Assembly: GCA_035530075.1 (NCBI GenBank)
Contig: DATKVM010000007.1
Location: forward strand, 1-62,073
Length of the DNA stretch: 62,073 nucleotides
Source: Patescibacteria group bacterium
GTDB lineage: Bacteria; Patescibacteriota; Microgenomatia; UM-FILTER-40-11
Direction: 5' to 3'
In this document: positions 17,995 through 26,589 of the stretch, piece by piece
Layout of the letters: each line of letters starts with the position of its first letter
Numbering within the stretch: the first letter of the stretch is position 1
Program-made: the position numbers and the translations under genes
The notes under the pieces: generated by a model
What the model was told of the DNA's origin: nothing
The model's database searches: none
What the model saw: only the letters and a program-made list of their open reading frames with translations

Positions 17995-18459
17995 ATGAAC
18001 ATAAAGATAAAGACAGCTAAAAGCAGTGATTGGAAGCTGATTCAGAAATTGAATAATGAGGTCTTTTTAAATGATGAGGAAAACGATGATGACCTTGACT
18101 TAGATTGGCCTTTTTCCGAAAAAGGTATTGACTATTACCAAAAACTCGCCAGTGGCAAATATGGAAAATGTTATATTGCCTACCTAGGTAAAATACCTGT
18201 GGGTTATGTGGCGCTGGCGATAAAGAATTTCGGCTATCGTAAAAGTAAATATGTTGAGATAGAAAACATCGGGGTTAACCCAGAATACCGTTCCCAAGGA
18301 ATAGGAAAGTTATTAGTAGATGCTTCTGTTAGATGGGCGAAAGAACAAAAGGCGACGAAATTATTCGTTTCCGCTTACTGGAATAGCAAGAGGGCAATCA
18401 ATTTCTATAAGAAGAATGGTTTTTATGAGATAGGAATTGAATTAGATAGAAAGATTTAA
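17995..18459 (+). CDS. GNAT-family N-acetyltransferase
   Basis: The acetyl-CoA motif region IGVNPEYRSQGIGKLLV and the C-terminal FYKKNGF are present. TATAAT (17983-17988) lies 6 nt before the ATG at 17995. Confidence 0.8.
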   Translation: MNIKIKTAKSSDWKLIQKLNNEVFLNDEENDDDLDLDWPFSEKGIDYYQKLASGKYGKCYIAYLGKIPVGYVALAIKNFGYRKSKYVEIENIGVNPEYRSQGIGKLLVDASVRWAKEQKATKLFVSAYWNSKRAINFYKKNGFYEIGIELDRKI

Positions 18460-18485
18460 CTTTCAATAGTCGCCTGCTGTTTTAG

Positions 18486-18558
18486 TGACCCCACACGGAT
18501 TCGAACCGTGGTTCACAGGCTGAAAACCTGCTGTCCTAGGCCACTAGACGATGGGGCC
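18486..18558 (-). tRNA. tRNA-Glu (anticodon UUC)
   Basis: Hand-folded 73-nt cloverleaf: GGCCCCA...TGGGGTC-A, anticodon loop TTTTCAG, T arm CACGG-TTCGAAT-CCGTG. Confidence 0.9.
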
Positions 18559-18564
18559 TTATCA

Positions 18565-18591
18565 TTGAAGGAAACCTATGGTTTTCTTCAA
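18565..18591 (-). promoter_or_regulatory. 27-nt palindromic promoter-like element upstream of tRNA-Glu (copy 2 of 3)
   Basis: On the minus strand it reads TTGAAGAAAACC-ATA-GGTTTCCTTCAA and ends 6 nt before the mature tRNA 5' end. The flanking ~70 nt are also similar to the lemA upstream region. Confidence 0.5.
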
Positions 18592-18620
18592 AAAACTTTT
18601 CAAAGTTGTAATTTATTTTG

Positions 18621-18645
18621 AGCAAAGCGAAAAACAAGCTTTGCT
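18621..18645 (-). terminator. Hairpin between tRNA-Lys and tRNA-Glu
   Basis: 8-bp stem AGCAAAGC/GCTTTGCT with a 9-nt loop. The position is equivalent to the polX-lemA hairpin. The U tract is weak. Confidence 0.35.
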
Positions 18646-18703
18646 TATAATTCTTTTCTACTACCTCTTTATTTCTTACCGATGATTAAAGGATAAAATC
18701 GGG

Positions 18704-18775
18704 TGAGGCGTGAAGGGATCGAACCTTCGACCAACTGCTTAAAAGGCAGATGCTCTACCACTGAGCTAACGCCCC
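18704..18775 (-). tRNA. tRNA-Lys (anticodon UUU)
   Basis: Hand-folded 72-nt cloverleaf: GGGGCGT...ACGCCTC-A, D arm GCTC-AGTGGTA-GAGC, anticodon loop CTTTTAA, T arm GAAGG-TTCGATC-CCTTC. Confidence 0.9.
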
Positions 18776-18780
18776 TCACT

Positions 18781-18810
18781 CTTGGGAAAAACCTACGGTT
18801 TTTCCTCAAG
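18781..18810 (-). promoter_or_regulatory. 30-nt palindromic promoter-like element upstream of tRNA-Lys (copy 3 of 3)
   Basis: On the minus strand it reads CTTGAGGAAAAACC-GTA-GGTTTTTCCCAAG and ends 5 nt before the mature tRNA 5' end. Confidence 0.5.
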
Positions 18811-19051
18811 CCTTTTCCCTAAGATGAGTTTTGGCGGATCATCATTCGGAGCTTTCCGTCAAAACAATCTATAACCTATTTAAATTACTTTTTACTTCTT
18901 GCCGAGTTTCTATGAAACTAAATTATCAATCCAGCCTTAAAATTTTACCATAAAATTGGCAGTGATACAACCACGGTCAAAGTCATCTTGTCATCTGCAA
19001 TTCCCTCTATTTCTTGCCATTCTTGGCTTTGTTTCATAAAATTGTTTATCA

Positions 19052-19600
19052 ATGAAGCAGAGGTTTCATATCAATATTGAAATAAAGGCCAAGTGTGCCA
19101 ACTTTGATAAGATTAGAAAGGTTTTAAAAAGAAAAGGCGCATTATTCGTTGGCAAAGACCATCAGGTTGACACTTATTTTGTTGTTCATAAAGGAAGGCT
19201 TAAGCTCCGCGAAGGTAAAATTGAGAATTCCCTAATTTACTACGAAAGGCCAAACATGGCCGGGCCCAAGCAATCAAATGTCACTTTGTTTAAATCAGCT
19301 CCAGACTCTTTCTTAAAAGAAATTTTATTAAAAAGCTTAAAAGTTTTAGTTGTCGTTGACAAACAGAGGGAAATTTATTTCATTGGGAATGTTAAGTTTC
19401 ACCTGGATACAGTTAAAAATTTAGGATCTTTTGTGGAAGTTGAGGCAATAGATGAGAGCGGCAAAATCGGTAAAGAGAAACTGAGGAAACAATGCGAAGA
19501 ATATCTTCGCTTATTGAAAATTACCGATAATGACTTAATCTCTGAGTCATACAGCGATCTTCTAATGAGGAACCTCAGCCTTCGCACTCGTCGAGTGTGA
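19052..19600 (+). CDS. CYTH-domain protein (class IV adenylate cyclase / triphosphate tunnel metalloenzyme)
   Basis: 182 aa. It has an N-terminal NIEIKAK (ExExK) motif, LKLRE, and GSFVEVEA near the C-terminus, typical of CyaB/CYTH. Confidence 0.75.
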   Translation: MKQRFHINIEIKAKCANFDKIRKVLKRKGALFVGKDHQVDTYFVVHKGRLKLREGKIENSLIYYERPNMAGPKQSNVTLFKSAPDSFLKEILLKSLKVLVVVDKQREIYFIGNVKFHLDTVKNLGSFVEVEAIDESGKIGKEKLRKQCEEYLRLLKITDNDLISESYSDLLMRNLSLRTRRV

Positions 19601-19605
19601 AGGCT

Positions 19606-19644
19606 ATAAAAAAATCCCGAAGAACGCAAAAGCATTTCTTCAGG
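19606..19644 (-). terminator. Intrinsic terminator (minus sense; may also serve the convergent CYTH gene)
   Basis: On the minus strand the 9-bp stem CCUGAAGAA/UUCUUCGGG (19644-19616) is followed by AUUUUUUUAU. Confidence 0.6.
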
Positions 19645-19855
19645 ATTTGGGGAAGTATATCATATCCTGTAGTGTTGTCAAGCAGCGTCTTTGCAAGGCG
19701 AGCCCTTGCAAGACATCCTTTTTCTCAAAGTGTGGATTTGGTAACAGGACAATGCGATTAAAAAGCTGATTTTGAGTTTTGGGGCACGGAGACAGTGTTT
19801 GTTTAGTCCGGAGCTATCCGTGGCAGTTCTTTTTCCTCCGTGCCCCACAGCGCGG

Positions 19856-20269
19856 CTAGTGTTTATAGAAGACCACGACTGTTGCGCCTTCCTCGATTTC
19901 GTCGATGGCTATCACGCGGTGTGAGAGTTTCAAACGAATTGAGATGACATTGAGATAGACATCCTTTTTAGGTTCGGGTTGAGTGAGGACTTCTTTTTCT
20001 TCTTCTTCGGGAGTGGGTGCTGCTTCGGGAACATTCTCCTTGGTAAACCAGCGATTTCCCACCCGAACTACTTTTCCCGCTCTGGCAGCTTTCGACATAA
20101 TGCTGGGGGCCTTCCGTCGCTCCACATCGCCTTTTCCTTCAGTCATAAGGCGATAAAGCTCGCTCTTGTCGATTCCCTCCTTGCCAGCTTCACTGATGCC
20201 GCGATAGAGAATCTCGGTCAATTCATTGATGATTAACCTCGCTTGGGCTTCGTACTCAGCCATCAGCAT
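19856..20269 (-). CDS. Hypothetical protein (possible N-terminal winged-helix, acidic Pro/Glu linker)
   Basis: 137-aa ORF with no family recognised. By eye it is more G+C-rich than its neighbours. Confidence 0.4.
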   Translation of the reverse strand: MLMAEYEAQARLIINELTEILYRGISEAGKEGIDKSELYRLMTEGKGDVERRKAPSIMSKAARAGKVVRVGNRWFTKENVPEAAPTPEEEEKEVLTQPEPKKDVYLNVISIRLKLSHRVIAIDEIEEGATVVVFYKH

Positions 20270-20418
20270 CCTCCTAACTTGATTTAGTTGTCAAAGGCCG
20301 CTTAAGGCTAACGCGGGCGAGCAGATATTTGCAAGCATAAAACACTTAATTAAACAGGACAAAATTATATGATATCATTTGGTCAAAAGAGATTATCAAA
20401 CTCCAAGAGATATATTCT

Positions 20419-22185
20419 ATGCTAAATGAAGAAAATAAAAATGCATCCAGGTCAACCTTAGTTTATTTATCCCAAAACAAAAGAATTCTCTTAGCAGGAA
20501 TATTCTTTTTTATCTCCCTATTGTCCTTTTTCTTTTTATTAGCCAGATTTAAAAAACCCCTTCAGATAAAACAAAGAGCACAAACATCGGGATCCATTTA
20601 CTATGTTTCCAAGAGTGGTAACAATACTGATGGACTTTCTTGGAGAACAGCTTGGAACGAATTAGACCAGATTAACTGGAATTTAATTCGCCCTGGAGAT
20701 ACGGTTCTCCTTGACGGTGGCTCAACAAATATGGTTTACACCTCTACTTTAACAGTCAAGACCGATGGAGTCGTGAACGCTCCGATTACGATAAGGTTGG
20801 CAACTGAAGCGGGGAAAAACGGTCAAGCAAGAATTTTTGGCGGAAGAAGTATTCTGTTACCATATTGCCATCAAAAGGAATATTCGTATCAGACAGATGG
20901 GGTGAGAGCGCGAGGAATCAACATTGATAATCATAAATACATTATTATTGATGGAACCAAATTAAGAGGAGTAGTTATTTATGGACATAATTATAATGGC
21001 ATTCAGCTAAATGTTTATTCTTCGAATATTACCTTACGCAACCTAGAGATATATGATAATGGGCTGGCAGTTTATCATACTAATTCTTCAACTGCTGATT
21101 TAGTTCAAAACACTTGGTATCCAGACAGACAGGGACTGGGACTTGCAGGGTCAGATCATCTTCTGGACCGTCTTATTATTCATGACAATGGCCAGGATTC
21201 TATTCAGCAGGTTGGCTATAAATTTCCGATTAACAATGTGACACTTAAAAACTCTTGGCTTTATAATGAGCGAAAGGATCCCAGTGGTCAGGTATGGAAT
21301 TATTGTGTCCATCCTGATGGGATACAAATTTATGGCGGCGGCGATAGCTATAATATAACGGTGGCAGATTCTGTTATTGGCCCAGGTTTTATGCATGGAG
21401 TGTTATTAGGTGATAGTAACGCAGTCGTCCACAATGTTACCATAAGAAACTCATTGCTCTTTGGTGCCGGAAATCTCAATATTTCAACAAATTCAAAAAT
21501 CACTAAAACCGCAAATAATTGGCTGATCGAGAATGTAACTAGTGATAAACCCAACAGAGGCTATGGGAATATCCTTTTTAGGGTTCCCGCAGGCGGGGAT
21601 GGAAGTCAACTTACGATTCGCAACTCAATTCTTACCGGCGGCTATCGCTTGGATGTACCCACTAATGGAAATTATGATGAGAGTAATTACTACTATGGAA
21701 TCCAAACAGCAACTGACGTTGGAATTGAAGCAGACCCAAAATATACTCATCATAATTCATACGGCGCTATTAGCCTTGAGGCTAATTTTACTTTAGCTCC
21801 AAGCTCTCCAGCATCTGGCAAGGGTTCTAAAATTACCTCAGTCGTCCAGCTTCTTTCCGTGCTAGATTCCAATCAAAATTCTACTGATATTCCACCTAAG
21901 ACCGAACCAACCAAAAGCCCAGCGACTACCACTCCCGCGCCCTCTCCCTTACCCTCTGTTAAGCCAAAACCGAGCCCAACAATTAGTACTTTGCCCTCAA
22001 GGGCAGAACAAGGTCCGTTGCCAACAATTGATGAAGAAGTCCAAGAAATTGGCACTCTGGCCCCAGCTTTTAGTCCGACCGATTCAAAAGAAGACATCAG
22101 AGTTAATAAATTGTCACTCTATTTTAATCGGATTTTGACTTTTCTAAGAAGTATCTTTCTGAAATTAAAGTTTCTCTCACTCTAA
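20419..22185 (+). CDS. Secreted/anchored right-handed parallel beta-helix repeat protein
   Basis: 588 aa with an N-terminal TM/signal anchor. Repeated ...N.T..N..I.. turns (e.g. NITLRNLEIYDNG, IIHDNGQDSIQ, VTIRNSLLFG) are followed by a C-terminal Pro/Thr/Ser-rich linker. Confidence 0.6.
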   Translation: MLNEENKNASRSTLVYLSQNKRILLAGIFFFISLLSFFFLLARFKKPLQIKQRAQTSGSIYYVSKSGNNTDGLSWRTAWNELDQINWNLIRPGDTVLLDGGSTNMVYTSTLTVKTDGVVNAPITIRLATEAGKNGQARIFGGRSILLPYCHQKEYSYQTDGVRARGINIDNHKYIIIDGTKLRGVVIYGHNYNGIQLNVYSSNITLRNLEIYDNGLAVYHTNSSTADLVQNTWYPDRQGLGLAGSDHLLDRLIIHDNGQDSIQQVGYKFPINNVTLKNSWLYNERKDPSGQVWNYCVHPDGIQIYGGGDSYNITVADSVIGPGFMHGVLLGDSNAVVHNVTIRNSLLFGAGNLNISTNSKITKTANNWLIENVTSDKPNRGYGNILFRVPAGGDGSQLTIRNSILTGGYRLDVPTNGNYDESNYYYGIQTATDVGIEADPKYTHHNSYGAISLEANFTLAPSSPASGKGSKITSVVQLLSVLDSNQNSTDIPPKTEPTKSPATTTPAPSPLPSVKPKPSPTISTLPSRAEQGPLPTIDEEVQEIGTLAPAFSPTDSKEDIRVNKLSLYFNRILTFLRSIFLKLKFLSL

Positions 22186-22223
22186 GTTGGGCGAAGAGCG
22201 TGAGTTATGATATTATTGTCTTG

Positions 22224-22805
22224 ATGATAATTTTGGGAATTGATCCGGGGACGGCGACAATTGGGGTGGGGGTGGTGGAGTGCAATGGCGAGAATCTTTC
22301 TGCTCTTCACTTCGGTTGGATTGAAACTTCCAAAGATGATTCTCCCGGCAAACGATTGGCCCAAATTCATTCCCAAATGCGAGCCCTTTTGCAAACTCAT
22401 AAGCCCGATGTTTTGGCCATTGAGCGGCTTTTTTTCTTTGCTAATCATAAAACGGCGATGGCGGTCTCGGAATCAATCGGGGTAATTAAGTTGGCCGCCG
22501 AATCGGAACGGGTTAAAGTCGTGAGCTTTGCCCCTTTGGAGATTAAATACAGCGTTTGTGGCAACGGTAAGGCGGACAAAGAAGCGGTTAAGAAATCAGT
22601 TCGACAACTTTTAAAAGTTCGCTCTCCCAAAAAGAAAAAAACCCACTTCGACGATTTGTGTGATGCTCTGGCAGTCGCCATTTGTTATGCTAAGAAAGAA
22701 ATCCTTCCTCAAAAGGTGAATTCTGACTCTCCGGTGGCAAGGCCGGTGTATAATAAAAAAAGAGCGAAAGCGAAAAGAAAGGGGGTGAAGGAAGTTAATG
22801 GCTGA
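22224..22805 (+). CDS. ruvC: Holliday junction resolvase RuvC with a Lys-rich C-terminal tail
   Basis: MIILGIDPGTATIGVGVV ... LAIERLFF ... DALAVAICY are RuvC catalytic motifs. I prefer the ATG at 22224 over the GTG at 22200. Confidence 0.85.
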   Translation: MIILGIDPGTATIGVGVVECNGENLSALHFGWIETSKDDSPGKRLAQIHSQMRALLQTHKPDVLAIERLFFFANHKTAMAVSESIGVIKLAAESERVKVVSFAPLEIKYSVCGNGKADKEAVKKSVRQLLKVRSPKKKKTHFDDLCDALAVAICYAKKEILPQKVNSDSPVARPVYNKKRAKAKRKGVKEVNG

Positions 22806-23052
22806 TTTCAAAGTGGGTAAAGTAACCCATTATTTTGACAAAATCGGGGTTGCCGTTTTGGAATTAACGGGTAACCTGGCGGTTGGCGACACGATTAAGA
22901 TTTCCAGAAGCGGTGGTGATGACTTTACGATGACCGTTCAGTCAATGCAGGTTGAGCACGAACAAATTCAGGAGGCGAAAAAAGGTGACACCGTCGGTCT
23001 TAAAGTTGATCAATCGGTTAAAGAAGACGACGAAGTCTACAAAGTTTCGTAA
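22798..23052 (+). CDS. Small EF-Tu domain-2-like beta-barrel protein
   Basis: 84 aa. GKVTHYFDKIGVAVLEL...LAVGDTIKI...GDTVGLKV resembles translation-factor domain II barrels. Confidence 0.4.
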   Translation: MADFKVGKVTHYFDKIGVAVLELTGNLAVGDTIKISRSGGDDFTMTVQSMQVEHEQIQEAKKGDTVGLKVDQSVKEDDEVYKVS

Positions 23053-23053
23053 G

Positions 23054-23437
23054 ATGGAATTTGTTCTTGCTCCCGACATTGCTTCCGAATTGAAGCGGAT
23101 TATTGTTGGCTTGGATTTTCAGCATTTAAAGCCCCAGAACATCGTCGCTTTTCGCAGTTTTGGTTCCAAATCGAGAGCGGTCGCTCGGATTTGGTCACTT
23201 CCCCACATTTGGCAGCTTGCTTTAGAAAAAGAAGCCCATTATTGTGTCGAGGTAATTTCCGAGAAGTTTGACGGCCTTTCCTCTTCGGAGAAAGAGAAAG
23301 TTCTTATTCACGAGCTACTTCATATTCCCAAGAATTTTTCCGGTGCCCTTTTACCTCATCGTCACCAAAGCCAACGGATTGACCGACGAACAGTAGAGCA
23401 CTGGCACGCGAGGCTATATAATAAAAACAGCGTTTAG
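23054..23437 (+). CDS. Putative zinc metallopeptidase (HExxH)
   Basis: 127 aa from the ATG at 23054. It has the motif VLIHELLHIP. The longer track ORF (22952) overlaps the preceding gene. Confidence 0.45.
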   Translation: MEFVLAPDIASELKRIIVGLDFQHLKPQNIVAFRSFGSKSRAVARIWSLPHIWQLALEKEAHYCVEVISEKFDGLSSSEKEKVLIHELLHIPKNFSGALLPHRHQSQRIDRRTVEHWHARLYNKNSV

Positions 23438-23441
23438 AAAA

Positions 23442-24128
23442 ATGAACCAGATTTTTGTTTACTCGGGCGAAGATATCGTTTCTTCCCGCAAAGCCTTTTT
23501 GGAACACTTAGAGAGGCTTAAGGGCAATGATTTTGAGGTGGTTCGGCTAAACGGGAAAGATGTTTCCGAAGAATCATTGGAGCTTCTTTCCGCTCCCACC
23601 TCTCTTTTTGGTCAAAAAAGGGTTTTAGTCATCGAAGGGCTGCTTTCAAGACAAAAATCGAAGGAGAAAGATAAGATAATTCAGATTGTTTCATTGCTTG
23701 ATTGCTCCATTGTTTTTTGGGAAGGAAAGGATTTTTCCAAAGCCGAGCAGGCTAAATATTCCGGTTTTGCTTTCAAAAATTTTAAACTTCCGGCAATGAT
23801 GTTTCGCTTTTTAGAAACAATCACCCCGGGCGGAGGCAGTAGTGCTCTGGCCTTTTTTCGCCAGACAATCCCCACGGTGGATATTAACTTTCTTTTCCTG
23901 ATGTTAGTCCGGCAGATAAGGCTTCTTATTTTAGCGAAAGAGAAAAAAGATATTTTAAAATTGCCGGCTTGGCAGAAGGCGAAGCTCCAAAAGCAGGCGG
24001 CCCTTTTTACTCAAGAGGGCTTGCTCTCGGTTTATAAGCGGCTTTTACAGATTGACTTCCAGCAAAAGACTTCCGCCAGCCCTTTTGATTTAGGACACCA
24101 GCTTGAACTTTTATTGACGGAAATTTAG
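23442..24128 (+). CDS. holA: DNA polymerase III delta subunit-like protein
   Basis: 228 aa. The N-terminal FVYSGEDIVSSRKAF..., the length and the helical C-terminus resemble short HolA proteins. The assignment is weak. Confidence 0.45.
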   Translation: MNQIFVYSGEDIVSSRKAFLEHLERLKGNDFEVVRLNGKDVSEESLELLSAPTSLFGQKRVLVIEGLLSRQKSKEKDKIIQIVSLLDCSIVFWEGKDFSKAEQAKYSGFAFKNFKLPAMMFRFLETITPGGGSSALAFFRQTIPTVDINFLFLMLVRQIRLLILAKEKKDILKLPAWQKAKLQKQAALFTQEGLLSVYKRLLQIDFQQKTSASPFDLGHQLELLLTEI

Positions 24129-24137
24129 AATAAACTT

Positions 24138-25517
24138 ATGGTTATCCCGACGAAGATTTTTAGGACTTATGACATCCGGGGAATTTTTGAAGAAGATTTA
24201 ACTGAAGAGGTGGTGGCGGTAATTGGCCGGGCCATCGGCACCTATTTTATTAATCAAAATCTTAAAAGAATTATTGTTGGCCACGATAACCGGGTTTCCA
24301 GTCCTAAAATTAAGGATATTCTGATTAAAAATCTTTTAGAAACCGGTGTTGATGTCGTTGATTTGGATACCGCACTAACCCCCTTCGTTTATTTTTCCTG
24401 GCATGAGCTAGATGCGAATGCCACAATTATGATTACCGCTTCTCACAATCCGGTTAAATACAACGGTTTTAAAATTTCCCGGAACAAAAAACCGTTAGTC
24501 GGAGAAGATTACCAAGAAATTATGGGCATTTGCCAAAAAGGTCAGTTTGCCAAAGGCGAAGGCCATTTAACTCAAGTTAATCTCTGGCCGGCCTATAAAG
24601 AAGCGATCAAAAAAGCCATTCGTATTACCCGGCCACTGAAGGTGGCCGTCGATTGCGGTAACGGTACGGCTAGCCTTTTTGCCCCGGAAATCCTTCGCGA
24701 GTTAGGCAATGAAGTAGCGACAATATTTTGCGAATCGGATGGCCGTTTTCCTCATCATGACCCTTACCCTCAGAAAATCGAGCTTTACGAAGAATTAATT
24801 AAAACTCTAAAAGCCAAGAATGCCAGTCTTGGCTTGGCTTTTGATGGCGATGCCGACCGCTTAGGAGTTTACGACGAAAAGGGAAATTTTGTTGAAAATG
24901 ACCGGTTAGCGATGATCTTTGCTGAAGATATTTGCCGAAAACACCCTCATCCAAAAATTGTCATGAATGTCTCTACTTCCTTATCGGTTATTGAATATAT
25001 TCAAAAATGTGGCGGTGAAGTTATTTTGTGGAAAACTGGTTATCCTTTTATTGCGGAAAAAATGAACGAAGTAGGCGCAATATTTGGTGGAGAAATCAGT
25101 GGCCATTTCTTCTTTAAGGACCGTTATTTTGGCTACGATGATGCTCTTTACGCTGCCTGCCGAATTTTGGAAATTGTCTCATTAAGCCAGGAACCACTTT
25201 CCGCTATCGTGGCTCGCCTGCCTCGCTACTATGAAACCCGAGAAATGAGAATTGAATTATCGGAAGATCAAGATAAATTTGCCATAGCCCGGAAAGTCGC
25301 TACAGAAATTGAAACAGAATTTCCCGAAAGCCAAATGCTTGACATTGACGGCTTAAAATTTATTTTTGCTGACGGTTGGGGGTTAATTAGGCCTTCCAAT
25401 ACGGAACCGATTATTAGCGTCAGAGCGGAAGCTAAAACTCCAGAGCGGCTGACGGAAATTAAACAATTAATTCAACGCAAACTAGAAGAAAATAGTGTAT
25501 CCTTTTCTTGGGAGTAA
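24138..25517 (+). CDS. Phosphomannomutase/phosphoglucomutase family protein
   Basis: 459 aa. It has the active-site loop TASHNP, the metal site FDGDADR and a GEISGH sugar-binding loop. Confidence 0.9.
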   Translation: MVIPTKIFRTYDIRGIFEEDLTEEVVAVIGRAIGTYFINQNLKRIIVGHDNRVSSPKIKDILIKNLLETGVDVVDLDTALTPFVYFSWHELDANATIMITASHNPVKYNGFKISRNKKPLVGEDYQEIMGICQKGQFAKGEGHLTQVNLWPAYKEAIKKAIRITRPLKVAVDCGNGTASLFAPEILRELGNEVATIFCESDGRFPHHDPYPQKIELYEELIKTLKAKNASLGLAFDGDADRLGVYDEKGNFVENDRLAMIFAEDICRKHPHPKIVMNVSTSLSVIEYIQKCGGEVILWKTGYPFIAEKMNEVGAIFGGEISGHFFFKDRYFGYDDALYAACRILEIVSLSQEPLSAIVARLPRYYETREMRIELSEDQDKFAIARKVATEIETEFPESQMLDIDGLKFIFADGWGLIRPSNTEPIISVRAEAKTPERLTEIKQLIQRKLEENSVSFSWE

Positions 25518-25520
25518 TTA

Positions 25521-26588
25521 ATGGATAGTTTAGATAACCTTAGTCAAATTAAAGCTTTGGATAAAGGCAACTATCTTAGTTCAATTGAGGCCTTGCCAGA
25601 GCAGTGCCGGCAAACCTGGCAAGAGGTCGGACAAGTGGAAATTCCGGCTAGCTATCGCGAGGTCGAGAAAATTGTTATCAATGGTATGGGCGGCTCGGCT
25701 TTTGGCGGCTTAGTGGCGAAGTCGGTCTACCGCAACCAGCTGAAGGTTCCCTTGGAGATCATAAACAGTTATTCGGTTCCCGCTTACGTTAACGAAAAAA
25801 CTCTTTTTATCTTTTCTTCTTATTCGGGGACGACTGAAGAAGTTTTAGCCACCGTCGATGAAGTTTTAAGCCGGGGAGCCAAGGGTTTAGGGATAACGAC
25901 CGGCGGCCGATTGGCGGAAATTCTTTCTCAAAAACAAATTCCTTATTTTAAGATTAACCCCCAATTTAATCCCTCAGGCCAACCCCGCTCGGCCCTGGGC
26001 TATGCCATTTTAGGAACAATCGGGCTTTTGAAAAAAACCAGGGTTTTGTCTATCGAGGATGCCGAAATTCAAGCAGTAATGGAGAATCTTAATCAGACCA
26101 ACCAGATTTTTGGGGTTGGAAGTCTTGAAACGGATAATCCGGCGAAAAAACTTGCCCGATCTTCGCAGGGAAAAGTGGTTATTTTAGTGGGCGCGGAGTT
26201 TTTGGCGGGTAGCACCCATATCTTTCGCAATCAGCTTAATGAAACAGCCAAAAACTTTGCCGACTTTTATCTTCTGCCCGAGCTTAATCACCACTTAATG
26301 GATGGGCTGTCTTTTCCAAAAACTAATACCCAAAACCTCACTTTTCTCTTTTTTGACTCTTCTTTCTATTCACCAAAAATCGGCAAAAGAATGGCTATTA
26401 CCAAGGATGTGGTGACCCAGAATAAAATCCCGGTATTAAGTTTCGAATGTTTGGCAGAGGATAGACTTAGCCAGGCTTTCGAAGCCATCCAATTCGGCAG
26501 TTTCGTTAGTTTTTATCTAGCGATGCTTAACGGGGTTGACCCAAGCGTCATCCCGTGGGTGGATTATTTTAAAGAAAAGATGTCCTAA
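25521..26588 (+). CDS. Bifunctional phosphoglucose/phosphomannose isomerase (SIS domains)
   Basis: 355 aa. INGMGGSAFGG and SYSGTTEE SIS motifs, with a PGI/PMI-family layout. Confidence 0.75.
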   Translation: MDSLDNLSQIKALDKGNYLSSIEALPEQCRQTWQEVGQVEIPASYREVEKIVINGMGGSAFGGLVAKSVYRNQLKVPLEIINSYSVPAYVNEKTLFIFSSYSGTTEEVLATVDEVLSRGAKGLGITTGGRLAEILSQKQIPYFKINPQFNPSGQPRSALGYAILGTIGLLKKTRVLSIEDAEIQAVMENLNQTNQIFGVGSLETDNPAKKLARSSQGKVVILVGAEFLAGSTHIFRNQLNETAKNFADFYLLPELNHHLMDGLSFPKTNTQNLTFLFFDSSFYSPKIGKRMAITKDVVTQNKIPVLSFECLAEDRLSQAFEAIQFGSFVSFYLAMLNGVDPSVIPWVDYFKEKMS

Positions 26589-26589
26589 A

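Noticed and set aside
19654-19681. Minus-strand sigma70-like promoter (TTGACA 19681-19676, 16-nt spacer, TATACT 19659-19654).
   Set aside because: It would fire directly into the terminator hairpin at 19644-19616 and give a ~40-nt transcript with no obvious content. It is probably a chance match, or at most part of the structured 3' region reported separately.
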